Below, piece by piece: positions 41,558 through 54,450 of a DNA stretch of 64,000 nt. The position numbers and the translations under genes are program-made. The DNA is from Eledone cirrhosa (taxonomy: Eukaryota): NCBI GenBank assembly GCA_964016885.1, contig OZ024741.1, forward strand, positions 164,920,001-164,984,000. Reading direction: 5' to 3'. Within the stretch, counting starts at the first letter, position 1. Each line of letters opens with the position of its first letter. The notes below the pieces were generated by a model that made no database searches, was not told where the DNA came from, and saw nothing but the letters and a program-made list of their open reading frames with translations.

Positions 41558-42786
41558 TTATGGTGTCCAGATAAATTTCTGTCGAGTGCTTCTAATCTAT
41601 TGTAAAATTGAATTCGTTGAATAATCAACAAACCATATAAACTTTTGGTCATATATATATATAAATTTTAGTACAGCATTGACAAATATATATTCATCAT
41701 GCAGAAACAACATCTGAATATTTCTACAAACAACATACCCGTCGTACCAAGCAGGAAAACATACCTATGAACCAAAGTATCGTCTTCCTGTTTTCCTTCG
41801 GTTGCAACGTTTTTTGAAATATTTACTTCTGCGTTCACAGATTCACTTTTTAGTTTCAGAAGATCCCGTTAAGGGTGAAAGCAGCGATTCTTTGCTTAAA
41901 CTTTAATCTGTTATTTTAATAAATATTTGCTCTATGGTTCTTATATATATGATATATATTTATCCTTATCGAGCCCTCTTTGGATTTTAGTATTCAAATT
42001 TATTATTATTATTATATATATATATGTATATATATATATATAAAGGCGGTATGGCACATGTTTCTCAGACATGACATCCTTAATTTAATTTTGGCTATAT
42101 ATGTTTATCCCGGGTTCAATCAAGGGTAACCACAGTAAGTAAGGTACTCAATCACCATCCTCTCCTACCACCAGAAAATGTATAAATACCACCATATTAC
42201 ATTGACAGTCGGCTTTCCTGATGGCTTCTCCAGAATGAAACAGTTCTAGTCCGGTAGAAGCCATTTCTATATTAAATATATTCTTTCTTCTGATGAAGAA
42301 CTAGCGTCCTAAACGTTAAGACCCTCTTCCTGCTATTTCAAGCGTTAACCTAATATATTCCTTCCATATACTGTACCGATTGTGTTGTTATTTCTGTTTA
42401 CCTTTTACATATATATGTATTTGTGATGAGCATATTTTTTAGGGATGTCCACCGATGAGTAATACCCGATCTATATTTCTTCACTTAATTGCGAAACATT
42501 GTTCTATTTTGAACTTGTTTGGATGTGAATAGTTATCATAATCAATTTGTATATTTTGATTTATTCTCTTAATTAATTTGTACAAACTGTTCTGTAGTTA
42601 GTATATTTGTCACCCTGGTGGTTTTATATCCCTTATGATTTGAACACACACATATATATACTGTATATACATATATATCTTTACTGTGTTATAAAGAGCT
42701 CGGAATTTCTTCCTTGAGCTTATTCGATTATAAGAGAATATTGTAAGTTTTTAACTCAACATTTTAATTTTATATATATATCATTA

Positions 42787-43139
42787 TCTATAAAAGGTAG
42801 ATTGTTGTTGTTGTTGTGTGTGTGTGTGTGTGTGCATGTTCCATGTTTATATATTTGCACAATTTCAAACTGATTCGACTCAAAGTCTGTAAGAATGTTG
42901 TAAATGGTCTAACTTAGCTCAACGACTATTTATTTATTTCAAACTCACCCACAATTACGGAAATAATCGATAAAACTAAATACATGATGCTTTACCCCTC
43001 TAATACAATCTGATTGCCTCTCTCTACTCCCCTTAAAATTCGATAAAATTACATACATGCTGCAACTTTCTCTTATATACGCTTAAACTTACAAACTTCC
43101 TTTAGGAACGCCGAAGAAAGAAGAGAGAAAGAAATGAAG

Positions 43140-43220
<81 letters not shown>

Positions 43221-43908
43221 TTTGTTTTTGAGTGTGGAATGGTCAAACATTTATTTACTTCAATAACAACGAATAGAACTTATTACATTTCATACGAAGC
43301 AACAATTATTCAAAAGCAACAGATAAATTTATTCAGCAACAAAAAAAATAGCGATACATCTTTTTTAAAACATCTCTCAACGAATGTGGAAGAAAGAAGT
43401 ATCAGTTTATTTACTATACACAATAATATCATCTATGAGGTCACTAAACCTGCTAGAAACAGCAGCTAACTCTCCCCCATATCACACCCCTCCCTACTGT
43501 CTTAAATGTAGAAAACACATATCCTCTATGAGGTCACTAAACCTGCTAGAAACAGCAGCTAACTCTCCCCCATATCACACCCCTCCCTACTGTCTTAAAT
43601 TTAGAAAACACACATTAGACAACCATGCAGAACAACTCCATTGCAGCTCTGTTGTTTGGCTGGCATCGTCTACGCGCGTGTTGCGCAAGTACTGTGAAAC
43701 AATAAATTTCAACACTTCTTTGCACAGAGATAATATCCATAGGCGAAACTACAATTGTCACTGCTGGCGCAGCTCCTGCTTCGGCAGTCCAGGTCTGCAA
43801 TTCATTCACCCAGTGCCTGGCAGACAAAAAAGTGCTGCCATAAAATGGGTGGTGCAACCTAACTTTGGTAACTTACTGACCCCGAGCAACGCTGGGCTTT
43901 AATGCTAG
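42787..43908 (+). mobile_element. Non-autonomous Helitron
   Basis: Starts TC after an A. Ends with the GC-rich hairpin CCCGAGCAACGCTGGG, then CTAG before a T. No TSD. The 5' end is less certain than the 3' end. Confidence 0.75.
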
Positions 43909-44827
43909 TATATATATATATATATATACACAAATATAATTTCAGCGAGATTGTATTTCGGCTGTGGTCAAAAACAAAGCGAAACACAATTTTCAAGATA
44001 TGCGGCAAGCACTCAATAGACTAAAAGAAGACCAGAGCAATTAACATGTTATAGAGGCCAGACAAACTGAAAACGGCGGTCATGAAGCTATCAGCCACTG
44101 GAGCCAAAGAAACGAAGCAAGCTAAACAGGTTAATATAAATATAGGCAGGGGGAGTAAAATGTGATAGTGTAATGGTGATGTTTTACTCAAATCAACTAA
44201 TAGAGTAGAAGTAACTAAGTTTCAGCCAGAAACTGAAACTGTTCAGCACAATTTACAAGTTGGGAGTTTAGATTTAGTTGTCAGTGGATGCCACCTAAAG
44301 AGGTGGTAGTGTTAGTGTCATGATGAAAAGCATTCAGTCCACCCTGTAAGGTGGTAGTCCTGGTGCCATGATGAAAACACCACTCAGTCTGATAAGTAAG
44401 GTGATAGTGCTGGTGCCATGATAAAAAGTATTCAGTCCACCCTATAAGGTGGTAGTGGTGCAGCCATGAATGACAAAACGTATTTAGTCCACCTTGTAAA
44501 GTGGTAGTTCTGGCTTTATGATGAAAAGACCCAATCTGCTATGTAAGTCAGTAGTGATAGTGCCCCAACAAAAAACATTCAATCTACCCTGCATGGTGGT
44601 AGTGCTGATGCCATGACAAAAAAGCACCCAGTCCACCCTGCAAGGTGACAAGTACTATCACCCAGGTCTTATATGCCAAGTTGAGATATGTGTTTCAATA
44701 CCATCAGATGTTTACTCATAACTAAATAAACAAATATATTTTTTCTTAATATTCTTATATATATATATACCTGCTCTGGGGTCAGTTCTGGATGAGAGAT
44801 ACATGTAAAGTTTCCTATTAACCTTTT

Positions 44828-45190
44828 CACACTGTAGAGTGGTCTTGTAGATGTCATGACAAAAAGCACCCAGTCCACACTGTAAAGTGGTCATGTAGGT
44901 GTCACGACAAAAAGCACCCAGTTCACACTGTAAACTGATCATGTAGGTGTCACGACAAAAAGCACCCAGTCCACACTGTAAAGTGGTCATGTAGAAAAAA
45001 CGGTAAAAAGGCTGCCAGTCCACACTGTAAATGTGGTTGGTGTTAGGAAGGGCATCCAGCTGTAGAAAACCAGCCAGAGACAGTTCTATACGAGTGTGAC
45101 ACTGTCACCCAACCAATCTTGCCTCAAGTGGGACAAACCCGTCCAACCCATGCTAGTGTGGAAGATGGACATTAAACGATGATGATGATC
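44828..45190 (+). mobile_element. RTE 3'-UTR-derived repeat with expanded ~39-bp internal units (similar tails at 16654-16810 -, 34555-34800 -, 57375-57643 +)
   Basis: Repeated AAAAAGCACCCAGTCCACACTGTAAAGTGGTCATGTAG units, then GTTAGGAAGGGCATCCAGCTGTAGAAAACC and a (GAT)n tail. Confidence 0.8.
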
Positions 45191-45483
45191 CATGGGTTTT
45201 AAATGTTATCAAATACTGTAATAGGGAGAATAGAGGCAAAATACCAGTATCAAAAGTAATTGTTTGGAGGAGTGGGAGTAGAAAAAAGTGGGGTGGAGTG
45301 ATATCAGAGCCAATTGCTGGACTGGACTTTGGTAGAGTGTGGAGTTAATGAAAGACCACTTCATGTGACCCCCCACTCCCCGCCATGGGGGGGGGGGGAT
45401 GGTGATTAAAATAGGTCAAGACAATAATTAATAATTACTGATTGATCTAAGATAAGATGTGTAAGGAGGGAGAGAATACTGAG

Positions 45484-45529
<46 letters not shown>

Positions 45530-45625
45530 AAGAGCCAGAAGTATAGATAAACAGATATAAAAAGAGAATAAAACAAGAGGAAGAGCGAGAACAAGAGATA
45601 ATGAGATATATGTATATCAGGATAA

Positions 45626-45696
<71 letters not shown>

Positions 45697-46010
45697 AGAT
45701 AGATGGGAGGGGGAGAATGGGGGGAGAAAGAGAGAGTGGATGGGGAGAGAAGGGGAGAAGGGTGGGAGAGAGAGAGAGAGAAAAAGAAAGAGGGGGATGA
45801 GAGAAAGAGAGAGGGTGAAAGGGTGAGAGAGACAAGCCTCTACAGTTTCTATCTACCAAATTCCATTCACAAGACATTGGTTAGCCTTAGGCTGTTGTAA
45901 AAGACACTTTCCCATCATTGTAAAGTGAAATCCCTAAACCATACAGCCATGTTTGTACCTATATATACATACATATATATATATATATACATATAGAGAG
46001 AAAGGGGGAG

Positions 46011-46091
<81 letters not shown>

Positions 46092-46859
46092 CAAATGTGG
46101 TTGCATGTGAAGAAAAAAGAATTAAGGAAAGAAAATGAACAAGAATGAGAAAGATCGTGAAAGATGAAAAGAAATCAATGATTGAAAGAGGGAAAAAAAG
46201 AAATGACAGAGTGAGAGAGAAGTGTGTATTTATGTATGTGTGTGAATGTGTGAGTGTGAGTATGTTTATGTATGTGTGTGAGTGAGTATGTTTATGTATG
46301 TGTGTGAGTGTGTGTGTATGTGAAGACTATGTAGATATTTAAATGTGTAGCAGTGTCACATACAGACAGATAAATAGTGAGAGATTATGAAATTGTATGT
46401 ATGGTTGAATTTCATTTGAAGGATATAGATATATGTATATATATAAAACCACAGCAGGCTGTCTTGTAATCTCTTGGAGAATTCTTTACTTTTATTCCAC
46501 AATCAGATAATCAGATATATAAAAGACAAAGCAGATGTTTTGGATGCTTCTTGAACAACAACAACTACAACAATGACAAAAATCTGAAAACTGAAGAAGA
46601 ATAAAAAAAAATCTTAAAGAAAAGTCTTTCTAATGGAGGCAGGCAATTAAAACTGCTACTAATTTCATTGCAACTAGAAATCTGGAGAATGACAGCTGTG
46701 ACTGAAAGATCAATGGATGGATTCCGGAAGAGAATTTATCAGAAAATTAACATCAACAGTATCTCTTATGAACTTGAGTAATAACCGTGACTGTTGGGCT
46801 GGAGTGAAGGGACTACATGTATTACTGTATTACAGTACACCAGTTACATGTATTACTGT

Positions 46860-47320
46860 ATACAGGCTATTTATATATATCAGAGTACACCAACCATGCC
46901 TTACAGTATACAGACTACAGGTAGAGTACACCAACCATGTCTTACAGTATAGAGACTATATACATATTAGAGTACACTAACCATGCCTTACAGTATACAG
47001 ACTATATATATATTAGAGTACACTGGCCATGTCTTACAGTATATAGGCTATATGTATTAGAGTACACTGACCATGTCTTACAGTATACAGACTACAAGTA
47101 GAATACACAGGCCACATGTATCAGTGTACAGATATCACTTGTATCAAAGTATACAAACCACAAAACCACATGTATCAGAGTCACAAACCATATGTATTAG
47201 AGTACATAGATCACATATATTAGAACACACAGACCACATATCTAAGAGTATATGATTATACAGATTACATGTATTAGAGTATACAGACCACATATATTAG
47301 AGTATAGAGATTACATGTAT
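46860..47320. repeat. Degenerate ~40-bp tandem repeat
   Basis: Recurrent TTAGAGTACAC..ACCATG(C/T)CTTACAGTATA(C/G)AGACTA. Confidence 0.75.
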
Positions 47321-47519
47321 TGGACCAATCACTCCTAAACTTATATTTTCATAGAACACACATGGTTTCTTAGAAATCATGGAAATAATAACTATATTCT
47401 ACAGATGGTCCCCATTATTGAAATTTTAATAAAAAGATTCAATGACACATAAAAATACAGCCAACACTCTATAAAATGGTTGTGGTGGTGTTGTGAAATA
47501 AATGCACCCAATACATAGT

Positions 47520-47705
47520 TGGCATTCAGCAAAAGAGTATGAAAAACTTGCTAAATATAAAGATCTAGAATGTGGCACCTAAAAACACAATCTATTCTAG
47601 TAGTGATAAGGTGTCATAAAGAAAGGTGTTCAAAAGTATCAAGAAAAATACAAGATAGTTCTAACAAATACCAGCCACATACTTTGAACATTTTTGTCTT
47701 TGTAA
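47520..47705 (+). pseudogene. Decayed C-terminal RLE fragment of an R4/Dong-like LINE
   Basis: SAKEYEKLAKYKDLE, MWHLKTQSILVVI, KIVLTNTSHIL in shifting frames. Confidence 0.6.
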
Positions 47706-48676
47706 TATATGTCAATACAATCTTTTCTGTTTAATTTATCGTAAATTTAATGAACATTTAATACAATTCAAATATGCTTCATGCAAAATTAATTTATATG
47801 ATTTATACTCCTTAATACTTATCTTTATCTCCTCCTAATCCTACCTTTTTATAGTTTCTGATATTTAAAAAAAATTATTTATCTAACAATTTTTGTGATG
47901 TCACTTGTTAAGTGAATGTGAGGACGGTAAACAAAAGACCTATCGGAAGATGTTGAAACCAACGATGTCTGCTCTAAATAACTGCACATAAATCATTGCA
48001 CATAAAATAAAATATAATAATAATAAATATAATGGTTTCTGATTTAGGCACAAGGCCAACAATTTGGGGGGAAGGGGAAAGTCAATTAAATCAATTCCAG
48101 TACTTGACTGGTACTTTCTTGACCTAGGTTGGATTTGATCTCAGAAGAGGGTCATAACAAAATGCTGCGAAGCATTTTCCTTGATACTCTAAGGATTCTT
48201 TTAACCAACAACAACATTAATAATAATAATATTAAACATTTAGTTAGTGAGCAAGTAGTTGTTGTTGAAATATTTTCAGCTAGATTTAATCATTGGTAAT
48301 GAAAGATAAACGAAGCTGTTTGTTTAAACTAAGTAGTCAAAAGCAAAACAAAAAAAAATGAAATGACAGCTGGATGTGAAATCGTTTAAATGAGGTACTG
48401 CTGAATATAGTAACAGAATTATGACAAAATAAAAAAAAACATAAAAATTAAAGGGAAAGGATTAAAAAGATTATTTACGAAACATAAACATTTATTCATC
48501 AATGAAGTAGAAAAAGATTATCATTTATCATCAATGAAACATCATTATTTTCTATTTCTGTGAAATCTCTCAAAAACACAAATTGGAAATAGCTTCAAAA
48601 TATTTCACATAATTCTACATATAATATAAAGGCCTGTCAAAGCTAAATTAGGTATTAACTATGGAGAAAAGAGGGA

Positions 48677-48735
<59 letters not shown>

Positions 48736-48917
48736 TATATTATTCAATTTAGGAAAGTCGGTTGATGAGATAATCCACTGACTTTTGTAAAATAGACGTA
48801 AAGAACTCTATAATTTGTGTATTCCTTAGAATGTTATCAATAAGATATCAACTGGAGTTTCTATATTATATAGAAGAGAGTTAGTTTTAAATGTACATCC
48901 TCTGTTTATTATATAAT

Positions 48918-48988
48918 CCTGTTATACATATTTCAAAGACATCAGAGTGGTTGCATAATAACCCTCTGACGTGTTCTCTTCAGACAGG
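48918..48988 (-). ncRNA. Type I hammerhead ribozyme fold with long stem II
   Basis: CCUGU-CUGAAGA-[~16-bp stem II]-GAA-AUAUGUAU-A-ACAGG. Stem I is 5 bp perfect, the catalytic core is intact, and stem III is palindromic. Folded by hand. Confidence 0.72.
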
Positions 48989-49128
48989 TGGAAATTTGTA
49001 GTATTTTTTATTTAATTTTTTTATTTTTGATATACTGTTGGGGTTAGCATTGTGTTGGCATTCCCCTCCATTGTATAACAGGATTATATAATAAACAGAG
49101 GATGTACATTTAAAACCGTCTCTCTTCT

Positions 49129-49200
<72 letters not shown>

Positions 49201-51759
49201 AATTCTTGCTTTCCCTTCTAAATATAATTAGGTAGAACAATCAGTTGTTTACAGAATATGATGGGTTTTAAAAGCCATAAGGATGTTGGGGTACCAGGGA
49301 AGAAATCCCTCTTAGTGAAATGGCTAAACTGTCAAGATAAAGACAAACCCATTGATGATTTATGATATTTCTATGACCAAATCCATTGACCAAATGTACT
49401 GGTTTATGCTATTTTATGACCAAATGTATTGATTTATGCTATTTTATGACCAAATGTATTGATTTATGCTATTTCTATGACTAAACCCAATGATAAAATG
49501 TATTGATTTATGCTATTTCTATAACCAAACCATTGACCAACTTATATAATTTATACACCCATATTCCCATTTCCTGCAGAGATTCAGAGAAACATTCTCT
49601 GGAAATATCAACAATCGAAGATGATTTCTCAAAAACACAATATATAATAATTTATTCCAATTGAATTCAATAAAAATGTCTTTTTATTGCATTTAGATTG
49701 AACATTTTTGCTGTTCTTGCTTCACCAACAACATATTAAGCTTATTCTGGCAGTTAAATCTTTTTCTTTTATCAGTAAATGACCAGTTCTTCCTGTTCAT
49801 TATAACTTGTCTGATCAGCACATGTAATAAAACAATGATGGCTTTTTGTCAGCAGCTAAATAAAAACTATACAAATTGGGAACAAAATTGGGATAAACCA
49901 AAGGTGGCTTTCTGTCAACAGTTAAATAGAAACCATTTACAAATGATGAACAAAATTATTTTTGACAGGTAGGAATTTCAAGTTACAATTAAAAACAAAT
50001 AAATAAAATATAATCCTTATAGCTCTTATCATGAAATATTTGTGCATGAAAGCAAACTGCTTTTGTCAGTGATTCTGTTGATAAAAATCACTAGCTAGCT
50101 TCTCGATTAAGTTTACTTTTCACCCTCTCATTGAATTAGTCGATTGAACAAGAGTACAGTTGTTACTTGCCAATCCCAGACTAGAAACTTCTTGATGCAT
50201 GTTGAAACATGTCAACAAAATGTGATAAGATCTGATGACTGAGTTGAAAACATGCAAGTTATACACTCTATTCTGTGGATGTAAGTATATTTCAATTGAT
50301 TTTCTATCAATTTAGATATATCAGAGAACTGGAGAAATAAGATCTAATTTCATAGTTCCAGTCGAAGCAAATTGAATGTATTCCTAGTTTAAACCATTTA
50401 GCAATATCTTTGAAAGTCTACTTCTAATAGAGCAATGATGGACTTTCTACAGAGTAAGTAATTTGACATGAACTATAAATACAGTTTAGTTACTATAGCT
50501 CACATATAAACCAATAACCTGTAATAATTACAATATCATTTTATATTTAATTTAATATTAAGAAATCATCATCATCAGTTTCATGTGTTTTCCTATGCTG
50601 TCATGGGTGACATTTTGAGGTAGTATTCAACTGCAGAATGTCCTTCCTGATGCCAACCCTCATTTAGCTATATATATTCACATTCCTAACCACTGAACAG
50701 CAGATTTTAGTCTATTTAGAACATGAACAAATATAACCACCTATGATGACAAATGTGAAGACAGACAAGATAAACAGGCATACAAACATACATATATAAG
50801 ATGAGCTTCCTTACAGTTTCCATCTAACAAATTCACTTGTAAAGTATTGGTTAGCTGAATGCTACAGTTGAAGACACTTGTTTAAAGTACTACAGTGAGA
50901 TACAAACAAAGACTGTGTGACTGCAAAGCACACTTTGTAAACCAGACAGTCATGTCTGCACCATTCAACATAAGGAACTCATTCCTCCCTGACCACAATA
51001 AAAAACTAAGAGAGATGGGGGGGGGGGGATAAAAAGAGAGAGGGAGAGAGAGGGGAGAAGGGTGAGAAGAGAGGAGGGGGAGAAGAGAAGAAGAAGAGAA
51101 GAGGGGGAGAAGAGAGAGCTAGTTAATTAATCAAAAGATGTCAGAGTTGAAACAAACCAACACAATCACTGTATTCAAGTTGTGTAACCAAGACAATGGA
51201 CTTGGAAGTTCACTGAAGCATTTGATTATCTCTAACTTTAGGAGAAATTTAAGATGGTGAGTTGGCAGAATCCTTTGGGCATTAGACAAAATACATTGCT
51301 GCATTTATTCCAGCACCTTGCATTCTGAGTTCAAATCTAATTGAGGCCAACTTTGCCTTTCATATTTTTCTTGGGTCAATAAATAAACTACTAGATTGGG
51401 TCAATAACCTGACATAAGTATAACAGTTTTAGACGGGAGGATGCTTTGTGGTATTTGTTCCAGCTTGTTTGCATTCTGAGTTCAAGTCTTGTCAAAACTC
51501 ACCTAAGTAGATGTAATTTGTGACCAAGGTCTCATGGGTAGGATGGGCTCTTTAGACAGCTGTCACTATCAACCTTTGGAGTGATGGTGTCACAATAAAA
51601 AATACTATAAGGGGATGGGGCAAGACCCTTATTATCTGTAATCACTGAAAGACAAAAGAATGTCCAAGCAAGCTTGACCAGATGATGCTGACATTGACCT
51701 TGGATGTCTTTAGCAGATTCAGCTCTGGTGTTAAAGGATGTAACTGTTATTAGAGTTAA

Positions 51760-51979
51760 CCCTTTAGTGTTCAAACCGGCCAAAACCGGCCAGAATTCTC
51801 TACCTCTTTCTGTTGAAACTGGCTGTAACTGGTCACTCAAACTGATGTTAAGGTATTGTTTTCAAAATAAGTACTTTCAAAATCTCATAGATTCGATATT
51901 ATGTGAGATAATTATGTGAGGTAAAGCCTTTACCATTAAAATATAATAGTATATATAGAGTAATGTGAATGCTAAAGGG
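51760..51979. mobile_element. piggyBac-like MITE
   Basis: TTAA|CCCTTTAGTGTT ... AATGCTAAAGGG|TTAT. Confidence 0.83.
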
Positions 51980-52745
51980 TTATATATATAATGTGGTATA
52001 TACTTGGTGTTAATAATGTGGCTGGTGTTAGTGTTAATGTGGCAGGAGTGTGCTGTTAGTAATGTAGCTGTTGTCAATGTAATATATATCTGGTGTTATT
52101 AATGTGGCCATTGTCAGAGTTAATGTGATAGTTATAAGGTGTTTATAATGTGGTTGCTGTTAGAGTTAATATGATAGATGTATAATGTTAATAATGTGGC
52201 TGTTGTAGATTAAGTGATAGATGTGTAGTATTAACAATGTGGCTGTTATAGAGTTGATGTGACAGATATTTGGTTTCAATAATGTGGCTATTATTAGAGA
52301 TGATGATGATGATGATGTGTGTGTGTGTCATTTTTACTGGTTTCAGTTATTGGATTGCAGCTATGCTGGGGTATCCCCTTCAAACACTTAGTTGGTCATA
52401 TATCAACCCCAATACCTATTTAGTCTGGTAGCCTGGTACTTATTTATCACTCTCTATTTGTTGAACTGCTATGTTACTGGGCAAAAAGAACAGAACATAA
52501 ACTACATGCAATTTTAGAGAGGTGTAGACACACACACACACACACACACACATACACACACACACACATGCATATATATACATATAAATGTGGTTGACAT
52601 TTGAAAGGGCATCCAGCTGTAGAAACCAAGCCAAAATCATTTCTGCGTGAGCAAAACACGGTCCTCCAACCTGATCTTTCACAAAGGAACAGCTTGTACT
52701 ACCTATGTTAGCATGGAAATAGATGTTAAACAATGATGATATATA

Positions 52746-53114
52746 TGACCTCTGACGTCACGCAGTAATACAGAAGACCCGACCCCCCACGGGTACAAGC
52801 CGAAGCTGAAGCATATAGACAATATGCCCCCACACCCTCCCACTGCAAAGTGGTCGTGGAGGTGCCACGGCAAAAAAGCACCCAACCCACACTGTAAAGT
52901 GGACGTGTAGGCGCCATGGAAAAAAAAAAGCACCAAGCACTCACTGTAAATGAGGTTGGTGTTAGGAAGGGCATCCAACTGTAGAAATCAAGCCAGAATC
53001 AGTTCCCGTATGAGCAAGATAAGGTCAGCCGACCGGACACTGCCCACAACAGGACAACCCGTCTAACCCATGGTAGCGTGGAAGAACGGACGTAAAACGG
53101 TGATGATGATGATG
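52746..53114 (+). mobile_element. RTE 3' end, close match to 29655-30006; preceded by an older tail fragment at 52588-52740
   Basis: CGTCACGCAGTAATACAG...GAAGCATAT...GTGGTCGTGGAGGTGCCACGG...GGAAGAACGGACGTAAAACGGTGATGATG is shared with the plus-strand RTE copy. Confidence 0.88.
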
Positions 53115-53699
53115 ACACACACACACACACAGAGACACATACATATATATATATACATATATGTATATATATATATATACATGCACACATATATATGATG
53201 AGTTTTTGCAGTTTCCGAACTTGTTGAAGGTGTTACCAAGTAGGATTAAACCTAAAATCACACGATTGAAAAGTAAAATTTTTAACCAACCATAGAGCCA
53301 TGCCTACATATTACACTTATGTAAACACTCACAAACAACAACAAACATAATATATTAATATTACTAGCTTTACAGCAGCATAGTGCAGTAGACGACAATA
53401 ATTTATAGGTATCAGGTATAGCTTGGGATATTATGCGTGGGTGTAGGGAATAAAACAAACTGGAAAATAAGCCACACTACTATATATGCACACAATTAAG
53501 TTACAAGAAAATATATAAAATATATATAAGGTGGATATTACAGCAGTCACCCGTAATAAATGTATGGCATGGTAGTATATACCATGCTTTTGCTAAAGGT
53601 TTTCGGGGCTGATGTAGTTAGCCATTAGCAGACATAGACATATCGTGTCTCTCTTCCTTCATACAGCAGAACATCCAGGGTATGATGGTTGGAAGGAGA

Positions 53700-54450
53700 G
53701 AGGGCTACATCAGCACAGGGATACTCTAGTACAGGGCTACACCAGTACAGGGCTACACCAGCACAGGGCTACATCAGCACAGGGCTACACCAGCACAGGG
53801 CTACTCTAGCACAGGGCTACTCTAGCACAGATCTACTCCAGCACAGATCTACTCCAGCACAGGGCTACTCTAGCACAGGGCTACTCTAGCACAGGGCTAC
53901 ACCAGCACAGGGCTACACCAGCACAGATCTACTCCAGCACAGGGCTACTCTAGCACAGATCTACTCCAGCACAGATCTACTCCAGCACAGGGCTACTCTA
54001 GCACAGGGCTACTCTAGCACAGGGCTACACCAGCACAGGGCTACACCAGCACAGATCTACTCCAGCACAGGGCTACTCTAGCACAGATCTACTCCAGCAC
54101 AGATCTACTCCAGCACAGGGCTACTCTAGCACAGATCTACTCCAGCACAGATCTACTCCAGCACAGGGCTACTCTAGCACAGGGATACACCAGCACAGGG
54201 CTACACCAGCACAGATCTACTCCAGCACAGATCTACTCTAGCACAGGGCTACTCTAGCACAGGGCTACTCTAGCACAGGGCTACACCAGCACAGATCTAC
54301 TCCAGCACAGATCTACTCCAGCACAGGGCTACTCTAGCACAGGGCTACTCTAGCACAGGGCTACACCAGCACAGGGCTACACCAGCACAGGGCTACTCCA
54401 GCACAGGGCTACTCTAGCACAGGGCTACTCTAACACAGGGCTACACCCAC
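53700..54450. repeat. 16-bp minisatellite, ~47 copies, three variants
   Basis: AGCACAGGGCTACTCT / AGCACAGGGCTACACC / AGCACAGATCTACTCC. Confidence 0.95.

Noticed and set aside
42452-42504. Hammerhead-like CCGAUGA...GAAAC
   Set aside because: Core U4 is altered and stem I is absent.
43384-43902. 172-aa ORF as a host gene
   Set aside because: Lies within Helitron termini, its length is inflated by a 93-bp duplication, and no domain is recognisable.
43960-44150. Possible Penelope RT N-terminal remnant (ALNRLKEDQS)
   Set aside because: Too short, and the expected ADKG motif is not recoverable.
49580-49675. Possible terminal exon (TTTCCTGCAG acceptor, short frame, AATAAA)
   Set aside because: Such signals arise by chance in AT-rich DNA, with no recognisable peptide or partner exons. 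RNA-seq would be needed.
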